Of a stretch of 19,786 nt of DNA, positions 1 to 7,828 are shown piece after piece. Both the position numbers and the translations under genes were made by a program. Below the pieces are notes generated by a model. It was not told where the DNA came from and did no database searches. It saw only the letters and a program-made list of their open reading frames with translations. The stretch lies in NCBI GenBank assembly GCA_963662665.2, contig CAXXJS010000029.1:1-19786 (forward strand), read 5' to 3'. Within the stretch, counting starts at the first letter, position 1; each line of letters begins with the position of its first letter. The stretch comes from Candidatus Latescibacterota bacterium (GTDB taxonomy: Bacteria > Latescibacterota > UBA2968 > GCA-2709665).

Positions 1-939
1 GATTCTGCCGATGAGAGGGCGTCCAAACAGCCGCGGTAGTCGATACAACATTTGCAGTTCAGCCAGCAATAGTTCGCGATCCAGCTCGCTAATTGGAGTT
101 CGAGAAAGACGGTTGTTTACATAGTCGAGACTGGATTTGTAGATTTCGAACTGTTTCTCGTTTCCGGGGATATCATCCACATGCCATTGGGCAACGCCGA
201 TGTGTCCAAGTAACTTAAGTGCAAAGACCTTCGATTCAGCCAGGGTGCGTGCTCTGAATTTGGTCCGAGGTGCCATCACGCTACCAAGAATATAGAGGTG
301 GTGATAGACTTCGCCAGGTTGGTCGGTCGACCGCCACTGGTAAACTGGGATACGGCGTGCAAGAAACTCAACAGAATCCAGCTGTCGCTCAATTTCCTTG
401 GTTAGTGTGTCTTCGAGCCGAGCAAACGCTCTTCTCCAATGATAAAATCCAGATTCTTGTTCGATCTCGCGTAGTTTATGGTCGTTGAAGCCTGGAAAGT
501 CTTCATCATATCTCGTAATAATTGACGAGCAGGGCTTAGAGGTGCTCTTAACGTCGATGTTTCGGTAGCTAATACTATCATGGTGAACTGCGATCTGCGC
601 CATGAATGGCGCCAAGTTGGCTTTTATTCCTTCTCGTACTGCCTCCGCGAAAGGCACCTCCGCAACCCGTTGATCAAGTAACTTTCGACCCAGTCTAGCT
701 GTCATTTCAGGCGTAACTGCCCTCGCTTTGCTAAGGAGCGAAAGCAATATTGCTCGATCGTTAGGGTTACGGGTCGAATCGACAATAGCCTGAACCACTT
801 GCCCTGCAATGGTTGCTCTGCCAAGGTCCAGCGTCTGCTCGTGGCGAGTCGATTCCGCAGAGAGGACAATCATCGTTGTCACGAGGCTTACAGCGGCACC
901 GGCGATTACCAGTGAGATGTCTTTCTTAAAATTAGTCAT
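1..939 (-). CDS. Hypothetical protein with an N-terminal hydrophobic anchor or signal segment; 3' end lies outside the window (>=313 aa)
   Basis: Hand translation of the minus strand from ATG at 939 gives 313 codons with no stop up to position 1 (MTNFKKDISLVIAGAAVSLVTTMIVLSAESTRHEQTLDLG...RLFGRPLIGRI). A GGAGG RBS lies at 947-951, 7 nt upstream. It is absent from the ORF track, presumably because it has no stop in the window. Spot counts give about 43-53% GC versus about 62-72% in the adjacent gene. No family recognised. Confidence 0.85.
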   Translation of the reverse strand, partial: MTNFKKDISLVIAGAAVSLVTTMIVLSAESTRHEQTLDLGRATIAGQVVQAIVDSTRNPNDRAILLSLLSKARAVTPEMTARLGRKLLDQRVAEVPFAEAVREGIKANLAPFMAQIAVHHDSISYRNIDVKSTSKPCSSIITRYDEDFPGFNDHKLREIEQESGFYHWRRAFARLEDTLTKEIERQLDSVEFLARRIPVYQWRSTDQPGEVYHHLYILGSVMAPRTKFRARTLAESKVFALKLLGHIGVAQWHVDDIPGNEKQFEIYKSSLDYVNNRLSRTPISELDRELLLAELQMLYRLPRLFGRPLIGRI

Positions 940-941
940 CG

Positions 942-1166
942 CTAAGCCTCCATTGTATTCGAAAGATAGGCATTCGGATTGAACCGGCCGTCCTGCACCG
1001 CCTTCGCATACTCGTAGAAACGGATGGCGCCGTGGGAATCGTGCCCGAACAGATTGGAGTCCACCAGATGATCCACCACCGTACGCGCGTCCTCTTTCCG
1101 GCACCCCGCCGCGCGAAACAGCGTATACCCCACCCCGCGCAATACATCGGGCTTGAACTTTGGCAC
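942..1166 (-). pseudogene. Truncated Ldh_2-family (malate/L-lactate/sulfolactate/ureidoglycolate-type) oxidoreductase, N-terminal fragment of 74 aa
   Basis: GTG at 1166 follows an AAGGAG RBS (1172-1177). The sequence PKFKPDVLRGVGYTLFRAAGC...VVDHLVDSNLFGHDSHGAIRF carries the family's N-terminal 'L.G..SHG' motif. Similarity ends at GRFNPNA, followed by 8 unrelated residues and TAG. Intact family members are about 330-360 aa. Confidence 0.85.
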
Positions 1167-1273
1167 CTTAACTCCTTCCGTCAGAGAGCTTAACGCTGTA
1201 CTCGGCATCAGCGCCGAGCCCGGCTCCTGCACAACAAACGATGCGCTTTGTTTTTTTCCAATAATACGGCCGA

Positions 1274-1302
1274 ACGATACGCCTTGTGCGGTCCGGAATC
1301 AA
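1274..1302 (-). promoter_or_regulatory. Candidate sigma70-type promoter for the Ldh_2 fragment and downstream ORF
   Basis: Minus strand reads TTGATT-N17-TATCGT, about 110 nt upstream of the GTG at 1166. Confidence 0.4.
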
Positions 1303-1358
1303 GCAAAAAGTGGTTGTATTATCGCGACACGGAATTCCGAGGTTTCGGTTTCATAAAC

Positions 1359-1385
1359 GTGAGCAGACAGGAATGTCCGCTCCAC
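1359..1385. repeat. REP-like extragenic palindrome
   Basis: GTGAGCAGACA-GGAA-TGTCCGCTCCAC forms a 9-bp stem with one mismatch. The minus strand reads GTGGAGCGGACATTCCTGTCTGCTC, a GTGG tetranucleotide followed by an imperfect palindrome, which is REP-like. Confidence 0.55.
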
Positions 1386-1490
1386 CCGCTATGCGTCGTT
1401 GGCGCTTTTTGGGATCCGCGAGGCGTTGAGGAGCGGGCGAGCCGCAAAGGGCAGAAACCCAGGCGGCACGCCATCATTGGAGGTACGGAA

Positions 1491-1519
1491 GCAGGGACAG
1501 GTTCGAAACCTGCCCCTAC
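1491..1519. repeat. GTAG-type REP-like palindrome
   Basis: Minus strand reads GTAGGGGCAGGTTTCGAACCTGTCCCTGC: a GTAG tetranucleotide plus an 11-bp stem (AGGGGCAGGTT/AACCTGTCCCT) with one mismatch, which is the typical REP layout. Confidence 0.65.
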
Positions 1520-1592
1520 GAATGGCGACCAGGGACGGATCCAATGCCGCTCCGACTTTCAGGAGCGACCTTGCGATAATTTCCGCAACGTC

Positions 1593-2597
1593 TCAATCAT
1601 CCGACGCCACGCTGTATGCCTGTCTATGCGCATCGTCCGTTTGTTTCCGGTATGGCGCCGCGGTCATTCCGTGTTCCGACATGCGTAGCTGAAAATACTG
1701 TCGTCCGATTCCGCTTTTTCGGGCTGCACGGGACACGTTTCCATCCGTGCTGACGAGTGCCCTGTGCAGATACTCTTTTGTGAACCGGTCCATGCAGACT
1801 CTTCGGGCGTCCTTGTACGGCAAACCGTAGATGCCGCGGTCCGGTCTCACCTCCGCGTCCTGAACCTCGGTGGGCAGGTCGTCGGGCGTTATAACGTCTC
1901 CCTCGTTAAGCGCCATCGCGCCCGCAATGGTATGAGCCAGTTCCCTGATATTCCCCGGCCAATCATAGCCTTCCAGCAGAGCTCCGGTTTCGGGAGAAAC
2001 CCTGCAGCCTGCTCTTCCAACGTCGCCGAACTGATCCAGGAAATGGGCGATCAGAAGGGGAATGTCGCTTCGACGTTCTCTAAGAGCCGGCAGATGCAAG
2101 TGAATTACCCGGAGACGGTAATAAAGATCGTTTCGAAAACGCCCCGCTTCAACCCCCTGCTTCAGATCTCTGTTTGTCGCGGCGACCACGCGGACACCCG
2201 CCCGTTTCCATCTGTGATCGCCGACCGTTCGATATTCGCCCTCCTGAATCAAGCGCAGCAACTGCCGCTGCAGGGGCTCATCGAGTTCTCCCACTTCGTC
2301 GAAAAAAAGCGTTCCGCCCCGTGCAACCCCCACCAGCCCCGGACGGGACTCCGTGGCGCCGGTAAACGCCCCCCTGACGTGCCCGAACAACTCGCTCCGC
2401 CCCATTTCCCTCGCCAGCATGCCACAGTCCACAATCACAAACGGCGCGCCGGCTCGAGGGCTGCGTTCGTGGACCTCGCGAGCGATGAGTTCCTTCCCTG
2501 TACCGGACTCACCGGTGACGAGAACGGGTAGTTCACTTTCTCCCGCACGCCTCGCAAGTCTGCGCACCGTGCCGAACGCGGGATGAATGCCCACCAT
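1593..2597 (-). CDS. Sigma54-dependent enhancer-binding protein (AAA+ plus Fis-type HTH) with no N-terminal regulatory domain, 334 aa
   Basis: Motifs present: Walker A GESGTGKE, SELFGHVRGAFTGA, Walker B FFDEV, RFRNDLYYRL, WPGNIREL, and HTH GNVSRAARKSGIGR. The start is placed at ATG 2597 because an AGGAGG RBS lies at 2607-2612. The upstream extension to 2738 is not protein-like and runs into the sigma54 promoter. Confidence 0.93.
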   Translation of the reverse strand: MVGIHPAFGTVRRLARRAGESELPVLVTGESGTGKELIAREVHERSPRAGAPFVIVDCGMLAREMGRSELFGHVRGAFTGATESRPGLVGVARGGTLFFDEVGELDEPLQRQLLRLIQEGEYRTVGDHRWKRAGVRVVAATNRDLKQGVEAGRFRNDLYYRLRVIHLHLPALRERRSDIPLLIAHFLDQFGDVGRAGCRVSPETGALLEGYDWPGNIRELAHTIAGAMALNEGDVITPDDLPTEVQDAEVRPDRGIYGLPYKDARRVCMDRFTKEYLHRALVSTDGNVSRAARKSGIGRQYFQLRMSEHGMTAAPYRKQTDDAHRQAYSVASDD

Positions 2598-2733
2598 CGG
2601 ATCGTTCCTCCTTCTGAACCTCTCAATCACATTTCGACACCGGGACCGCCCATCCCGGGCGTGTGAAAGGAGAATTATTTTCAAATTACGGCGAAAAAAC
2701 AATAGGCCCGTGCGCGCTTCAGGGGCTCCATCT

Positions 2734-2749
2734 TGCAATCATCGTACCT
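2734..2749 (-). promoter_or_regulatory. Sigma54 (-24/-12) promoter upstream of the headless activator
   Basis: Minus strand reads AGGTACGATGATTGCA, with exact GG-N10-GC spacing and a close match to TGGCACG-N4-TTGCA. It is correctly oriented, about 140 nt upstream of ATG 2597. Confidence 0.75.
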
Positions 2750-2849
2750 ACATATAAAAAAAACGCCCGGATTTATCACAGGCGACTTAAAAATAACAAC
2801 TTAATTGTACATCCTCAAGACGTGACCGACCTGGTTTCGTCCTTTGGTG

Positions 2850-2867
2850 TGTTTACTTCAGTAGACA
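2850..2867. promoter_or_regulatory. Candidate upstream activator sequence 1 (TGT-N12-ACA palindrome)
   Basis: TGTTTAC-TTCA-GTAGACA has the same TGTnnAC-N4-GTnnACA layout as the sites at 2938 and 2978. It lies about 100-120 bp upstream of the -24 element. Confidence 0.6.
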
Positions 2868-2907
2868 CCCTCCTTACCATGAAAATCGACGTTACGGTAC
2901 CCGCGCG

Positions 2908-2920
2908 TAACCTGTTGATA
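2908..2920 (-). promoter_or_regulatory. Candidate IHF binding site
   Basis: Minus strand TATCAACAGGTTA is a perfect match to WATCAANNNNTTR, with an A/T-rich tract on its 5' side. Confidence 0.6.
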
Positions 2921-2937
2921 CTATTGAAAAAATCGAC

Positions 2938-2995
2938 TGTCAACGCGAGTTGACATGACCCTGGAACACACTCCGCCTGTCAACCGGCGTCAACA
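2938..2995. promoter_or_regulatory. Candidate upstream activator sequences 2 and 3
   Basis: TGTCAAC-GCGA-GTTGACA (2938-2955) has perfect 7-bp arms. TGTCAAC-CGGC-GTCAACA (2978-2995) is imperfect and overlaps the stop codon of the large gene. The two start 40 bp apart. Confidence 0.6.
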
Positions 2996-5900
2996 CGCGT
3001 CCCGTAGGCCGTGACGCTCCAGTTTCTTGTAAAGTCCGGATCGCGTAAGCCCCAGTTCCGATGCCGAACGGGTTATGTTCCCATCGTTCTTGTCGAGAAC
3101 CTGGGAGAGATACCGCTTCTCTACCGACTGCAGAAACACTCTTAAAGTCCCTGACGTCCCTTTGTCACTAACCGCTTCGTTACGCAGTCGTTCCGAGAAC
3201 AATTCCACGTCCAAAACGTCTCCATCTTCCATCAGAGCCACCGCACGGCGTATCTCGTTATCCAGTTGGCGCACATTGCCGGGCCAGTCGACGTTCATCA
3301 GTGCTCTCACGGCCCTCTCCGTGAAACCCGCCACCGCTTTCCCTGCTTCGCGGCAGGCACTACCCAGCAAATGCTCCGCCAACAGGGGAATATCGTCCAC
3401 TCTGTCCCCAAGCGCCGGCATCCTGATTGGAAGCACCTGCAAACGGTAGAATAGGTCCTTCCGAAATGCCCCCTTGGATACCGCTGCCTCCAAATCTGCA
3501 TTCGCTGCTGCTATGATACGGACGTTTACGTTTCGCGGCGTGCTCTCACCCACCCGCCGGATCTCACCGTTCTGAAGCACCCGGAGCAGGCTGGCCTGGA
3601 CTTCGTGCGAGGCATCTGCAACCTCATCGAGAAAAACCGTGCCGCCATGAGCGGTCTCAAACAACCCTGCGCGGTCCGACGCCGCACCGGTGAACGAACC
3701 CTTTTTGTGACCGAATAATTCGCTTTGCAGCAACTCACCCGATAGCGCTCCGCAATTCTGTGACAGAAAAATGCAATCTTTGTGGACGCTGCAATCGTGT
3801 ATGGCGCGAGCCGCCAGTTCCTTGCCCGTTCCTGTTTCTCCCTGTATGAGTACCGTCAAGTCCGTACGCGCCGCCCGCTCTATGAGTCCGTAGACCGCCT
3901 GCATCGCACGACTGGCTCCGACCAGCCCGCCCAGCCCCTTCCTGCCGGAGTCAAGGTGCTCCCTGGACAATGCCATGTCCCTAAACCTGCTTTTCATCCG
4001 GTCCTGAACCATCCCGACGGACAACAGCCCGGCAAGTGCGATCAGGAACCTCCGGTCCGCCTGGGAAACGGCGTTTCCAATACCGCGACGGTCCAGATAC
4101 AATGCTCCCAGCGAACCTGTCTCCCGATCGTATAGCGGTACGCACGCATCCGAGCGGGCATTGAAGTCGAACACGCTCTGCCGTTTCCTGATCCGCTTAC
4201 CAGCCGAAGTGTCCGTGTCAAAAACCGGTTCATTGTTCCCGATTGCACGGTGCACGACACCCCTGTTCAAGTGCTGTGACGCTGAATTTCCGCCGTCGCG
4301 AGACCGAGTCATTCCGATACGCAACGCGCCTGACTGTGCATCCTTAAGTACGACGATCGCCCGTTGCACTCCGGGCACTTTCAAACATCCGTTCAGCGTC
4401 CTGTCCATCAGTGATGTCAGATCGAAGCCTCTACCCAGATTTTCCGCAAGCTCGGAAACGGTCGCTATCCTGTTGACTGTCGGCCGAGACTTTGCCTCGC
4501 CCTCTGATTCAGATCGTTTTTCCGAACGCGCCATCCTGGAAAGCAGATGGGACGCTCTTCGGGCAAAGAAGGGTGTCTGCAGATCCCTCGCTTTGCGTTC
4601 CGCGGTCTCCAGATGCAGACGCGCTGTGTCCAGATTGCCATGCTCAAGGTAAAACCGTCCAGTTGCCAGCACCGAACGAAACCATTCGAATCTCTGGTCT
4701 CCCTGGTTACCCGTCACCGCCCTGTTAAACGCGTCCTCGGCCTCTTCACGACGCTTCGCAACGGCTGACGCTACCCCAATGGAGCGCCAGACGACGGTAG
4801 GCGTTTCGCCAGCCATTTTAGTGCCTGAACGGGCTTTCTCCGCCCAACTCACCGCTTCATCGGCGTTTCCCAGAGTTGCTTGAGCCTCGGCCATCAGGCC
4901 ATATGCCCAGTACAGCTGATCCGCATCCTTCACATGCGACAGAATCTCCACGGCCTGTTTCGCGTGGTTCACCGCGTCCTCTGCATCTCTGTTTTCAAGC
5001 GCAATCGAACCAAGATAAAAGTGGCACGCGCCGTCTGTCGCCGTTCGTCTCCAATCACGGTTTGCCAGATGCTGTGACTGAAAGATCTCTTCGGCACGTT
5101 CGAAGTTGCCGGTTTGAAATGCGGTCACCCCGATCAGGTTCAAATTGCCGATGTTTTCAGCCCGTTCCCCGGCCTTCTTTGACCACTCCAGAGCAGACTC
5201 GAACAGCCTGTGTGCGTCGTCAAGGCGACCGTCCAGGTGCGCAATATAAGCGCCGAAATAGCCGACCCTTGACCTGTTCAATGCGTCACCCGCCTGATCG
5301 AATTGCCTGGCAATAAGCTTAATTTGGACCTTGGCTTCCTTTCGCCTTTCCATCCGCTCATAGAGAGAAGCCAGACACTGCCTCGTTTCACGTTCCTTCT
5401 TTGCCGGTCCCAGTCTGCGGTAGATTGCAATCGCCTCCAGAAATTCACGTTCTGCTTCGTCATACGACCGGGAACGGGCATTGAGGATACCGAGCTGGCA
5501 TAGAACCAGCGCCTTCTCAGCGGGAGTTTCGTCTGAAATCAGCAACCATGCATCTTTCGTCTTTTTCTTTGCTTCCTCGACAAAACCCCGGCAAGACAGG
5601 GCATTGGAATAATCGCACAGAAACCTTACTCTGGATTTGATTCCTTCGACCGGTAACGCACTCAATCCATCGGCTTTAAGACGCGGTTCCGATACGTCCC
5701 TGAACAAGCTCAACGCACGGTCTACGGCGCGTACGCTAAGCGCCTGTTTTCCGGCCTTCATGAGGTACTGATCTGCCTTCTCTACTTGCCCGGATTTCGC
5801 GTGATGGTACGCCAGGTCTTCGACTGCCTGAGGCCCCGATTGGGAATTCAGAATCTCCAGAACTCTGGCGACTTCCCGATGCAAAAGACAACGCCGCCGG

Positions 5901-7828
5901 GCGTCCATGCCATTGTAAATCGCGCGACGCAAAAGCATACTGGAGATTCGATATTCGTACGACGCATTGGCTCCCGTCGGCTTCCGCAATAGTTCCAGAC
6001 GTACGAATTCATCCAGGGTCTCCGCCAGACTCGACTCGTTCTCTCGCGAAACTCCCGCAATCAGATCAAACGAAAAGCCGTTTGTACAGACAGATGCGTA
6101 ATCGAGGACTCGACGCCGCGCAGGGTGAATTGCCCCAAGGCGTCTGCCAATAATCTCCGCCGCACGATCGGGCATCAGATGCGCAGGAATCGAATCCCAC
6201 AGCCACCCACCGTCGCCACCGTTACGAATAACGCCTTCGGCAAACAGAGAATGGACGAATTCGACGATAAATAGAGGACATCCGCCTGTCTCTTCAAAGA
6301 GTTCAGGTTCGACTTCTTCGGGGACCTGCCCTTGGCCGAGGATGGAGGCCGCCAGGCGCGCTGTGTCTGTCCGTGTGAGACATTCCAGGTGGATCCTGTG
6401 AACCCTGTCTGGCCCGCCGTCCTTGAAAAGGCTATCCGTATGTCCGGGCATGGGCGAGTCGTCATCGGCTGCATACGTTACAACAATCATCAGAGGCCAA
6501 TCTTCGCCACCGCTCCGGCACCGCTGCAAGAACCGGACCGTGGATTCATCCGACCGTTGAAGATCCTCAAGACACAGCATGACCGGCCGGATACACCTAA
6601 GCTTTCGCAAGAAATGCCAGATCCCATCCAATGCGTGTTTTGAGTCATTAAACTCGGCGTGATACACGGGCTCCTGCCGATCGACATCCTGGAGCCTGTC
6701 CATCAGCGTCGAGGAGACGTTACGACCTACCCTGCGGCATGTTCCTGACAGCACCCGCATTCCATAGAGTGCCGCATCGCCCTGAATTTCCTGCACCAGA
6801 CGCGACTTGCCCATGCCGACTTGACCGGAAACGAGCGCAATCTGCGACCTGCCCTCGAATGCCTCCGAGACAATTTTCCGCAATGTCGACATTTCCGAGT
6901 GCCTGCCCACAAATAGCGGCTCCTGGAGACGTGGCCCCGTCGGCACCGGCTCGTTGTTCGGTCGCGCACCGTCACTGATGATCGCGTCAATTCCGGCGAG
7001 GAGTTCGCGCGCCGACTGGAATCGATCTTCGGGTTCTTTGGAGAGAAGCTTCATCACCATTGCCAGAACCGGCTTCTCCTGCTTCGTGCCAAGGGCTTGA
7101 AGCGGCCGCGGCGGTTCCCACAGATGCCTCAGGATGACGTCAACCGGACTGTCGCCGGTAAATGGCGGGGCGCCCGCCAAGATTTCGTAAAGGACAATGC
7201 CAAGGGAGTAGAGGTCGGACCGCTGGTCCACACATCTGCCGCGCCCTTGTTCCGGAGACGTATATTCCGTCGTGCCCGTCGCTGGAAGGTCACCGGCCGG
7301 CGAAGCATCACGTGCACGGCTGGAATACGCGAGACCCAGATCCAGTATTGCTGCTTCCATCCGCCTGTCCGCCTCAACAATCATGATGTTCGAGGGTTTC
7401 AGGTCGAGGTGCAGAACTCCCTGATTGTGAATGCAATTCAGTCCGTCGGCAATCTGACGAACCAGCCGCAGGAACTCCAACCCTCGAAACTCCTCCCTCT
7501 TTCTGTTGTCATTTAGCAACTTCGCCAGTGTCTGGCCACCCGTACAATTCATGACAAAATAAGGCCGACCTTCATGCACTCCCCAGGTCTCGGTCCCTGC
7601 GACACGTGGATGTCGAATGCGTGAGCGCACGTGAAATTCCCGCAAAAACCGCCGTCGAGTCTCCACCAGGTTCGCATCCCTTGTCAACACCTTGAGCACG
7701 ACTTCGTCACCGAGGTCCGTATCCCCCACCCTGTAAATCACGCCCACGCCGCTACTGCCGAGGACTTCGAGGATCTCGTACCGCCCGTCAATCATATTTT
7801 CATTTTTCGTTGCTGACATCGTATTCAT
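2990..7828 (-). CDS. Multidomain Ser/Thr kinase - STAND (AAA_16-like) ATPase - TPR - GAF - sigma54 AAA+ - Fis HTH transcriptional activator (~1610 aa)
   Basis: Kinase motifs: GSSGVGVIY, VVLK, HLDLKPSNIM, DLG, GTTEYTSPEQ, SDLYSLG. STAND motifs: FVGRHSEM, GQVGMGKS, LCLEDLQ, TGGCPLFI. An Ala/Leu/Gly-rich helical TPR-like region follows, then GAF-like ACVPLYD...LGALYLD. bEBP motifs: GETGTGKE, SELFGHKKGSFTGA, FLDEV, FRKDLFYRL, WPGNVRQL, and HTH GNITRSASELGLTRSGLYKKL. The start is uncertain (TTG 7837, ATG 7828, ATG 7819) with no clear RBS. Confidence 0.92.
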   Translation of the reverse strand: MNTMSATKNENMIDGRYEILEVLGSSGVGVIYRVGDTDLGDEVVLKVLTRDANLVETRRRFLREFHVRSRIRHPRVAGTETWGVHEGRPYFVMNCTGGQTLAKLLNDNRKREEFRGLEFLRLVRQIADGLNCIHNQGVLHLDLKPSNIMIVEADRRMEAAILDLGLAYSSRARDASPAGDLPATGTTEYTSPEQGRGRCVDQRSDLYSLGIVLYEILAGAPPFTGDSPVDVILRHLWEPPRPLQALGTKQEKPVLAMVMKLLSKEPEDRFQSARELLAGIDAIISDGARPNNEPVPTGPRLQEPLFVGRHSEMSTLRKIVSEAFEGRSQIALVSGQVGMGKSRLVQEIQGDAALYGMRVLSGTCRRVGRNVSSTLMDRLQDVDRQEPVYHAEFNDSKHALDGIWHFLRKLRCIRPVMLCLEDLQRSDESTVRFLQRCRSGGEDWPLMIVVTYAADDDSPMPGHTDSLFKDGGPDRVHRIHLECLTRTDTARLAASILGQGQVPEEVEPELFEETGGCPLFIVEFVHSLFAEGVIRNGGDGGWLWDSIPAHLMPDRAAEIIGRRLGAIHPARRRVLDYASVCTNGFSFDLIAGVSRENESSLAETLDEFVRLELLRKPTGANASYEYRISSMLLRRAIYNGMDARRRCLLHREVARVLEILNSQSGPQAVEDLAYHHAKSGQVEKADQYLMKAGKQALSVRAVDRALSLFRDVSEPRLKADGLSALPVEGIKSRVRFLCDYSNALSCRGFVEEAKKKTKDAWLLISDETPAEKALVLCQLGILNARSRSYDEAEREFLEAIAIYRRLGPAKKERETRQCLASLYERMERRKEAKVQIKLIARQFDQAGDALNRSRVGYFGAYIAHLDGRLDDAHRLFESALEWSKKAGERAENIGNLNLIGVTAFQTGNFERAEEIFQSQHLANRDWRRTATDGACHFYLGSIALENRDAEDAVNHAKQAVEILSHVKDADQLYWAYGLMAEAQATLGNADEAVSWAEKARSGTKMAGETPTVVWRSIGVASAVAKRREEAEDAFNRAVTGNQGDQRFEWFRSVLATGRFYLEHGNLDTARLHLETAERKARDLQTPFFARRASHLLSRMARSEKRSESEGEAKSRPTVNRIATVSELAENLGRGFDLTSLMDRTLNGCLKVPGVQRAIVVLKDAQSGALRIGMTRSRDGGNSASQHLNRGVVHRAIGNNEPVFDTDTSAGKRIRKRQSVFDFNARSDACVPLYDRETGSLGALYLDRRGIGNAVSQADRRFLIALAGLLSVGMVQDRMKSRFRDMALSREHLDSGRKGLGGLVGASRAMQAVYGLIERAARTDLTVLIQGETGTGKELAARAIHDCSVHKDCIFLSQNCGALSGELLQSELFGHKKGSFTGAASDRAGLFETAHGGTVFLDEVADASHEVQASLLRVLQNGEIRRVGESTPRNVNVRIIAAANADLEAAVSKGAFRKDLFYRLQVLPIRMPALGDRVDDIPLLAEHLLGSACREAGKAVAGFTERAVRALMNVDWPGNVRQLDNEIRRAVALMEDGDVLDVELFSERLRNEAVSDKGTSGTLRVFLQSVEKRYLSQVLDKNDGNITRSASELGLTRSGLYKKLERHGLRDAC

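Noticed and set aside
270-488. 72-aa plus-strand ORF, and the short ORFs at 1153-1692 and 2663-2953
   Set aside because: These are antisense to the longer RBS-supported ORF or span hairpin and regulatory DNA. None has a recognisable motif or convincing RBS.
945-985. Possible integron attC/attI or IS end at the Ldh_2 junction
   Set aside because: No GTTRRRY core at the breakpoint, no terminal inverted repeat and no integrase or transposase in the window.
1355-1590. CRISPR array or tRNA interpretation of the hairpin cluster (GGTTCGAAACC resembles a T-loop)
   Set aside because: The hairpins are not identical repeats with regular spacers. The GTTCGAA lies inside a REP-like stem with no D-arm, anticodon arm or acceptor stem.
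2598-2738. 47-aa extension of the headless activator as a possible sensory domain
   Set aside because: It is too short, not domain-like, and its start codon lies inside the -12 element. A strong RBS supports ATG 2597.
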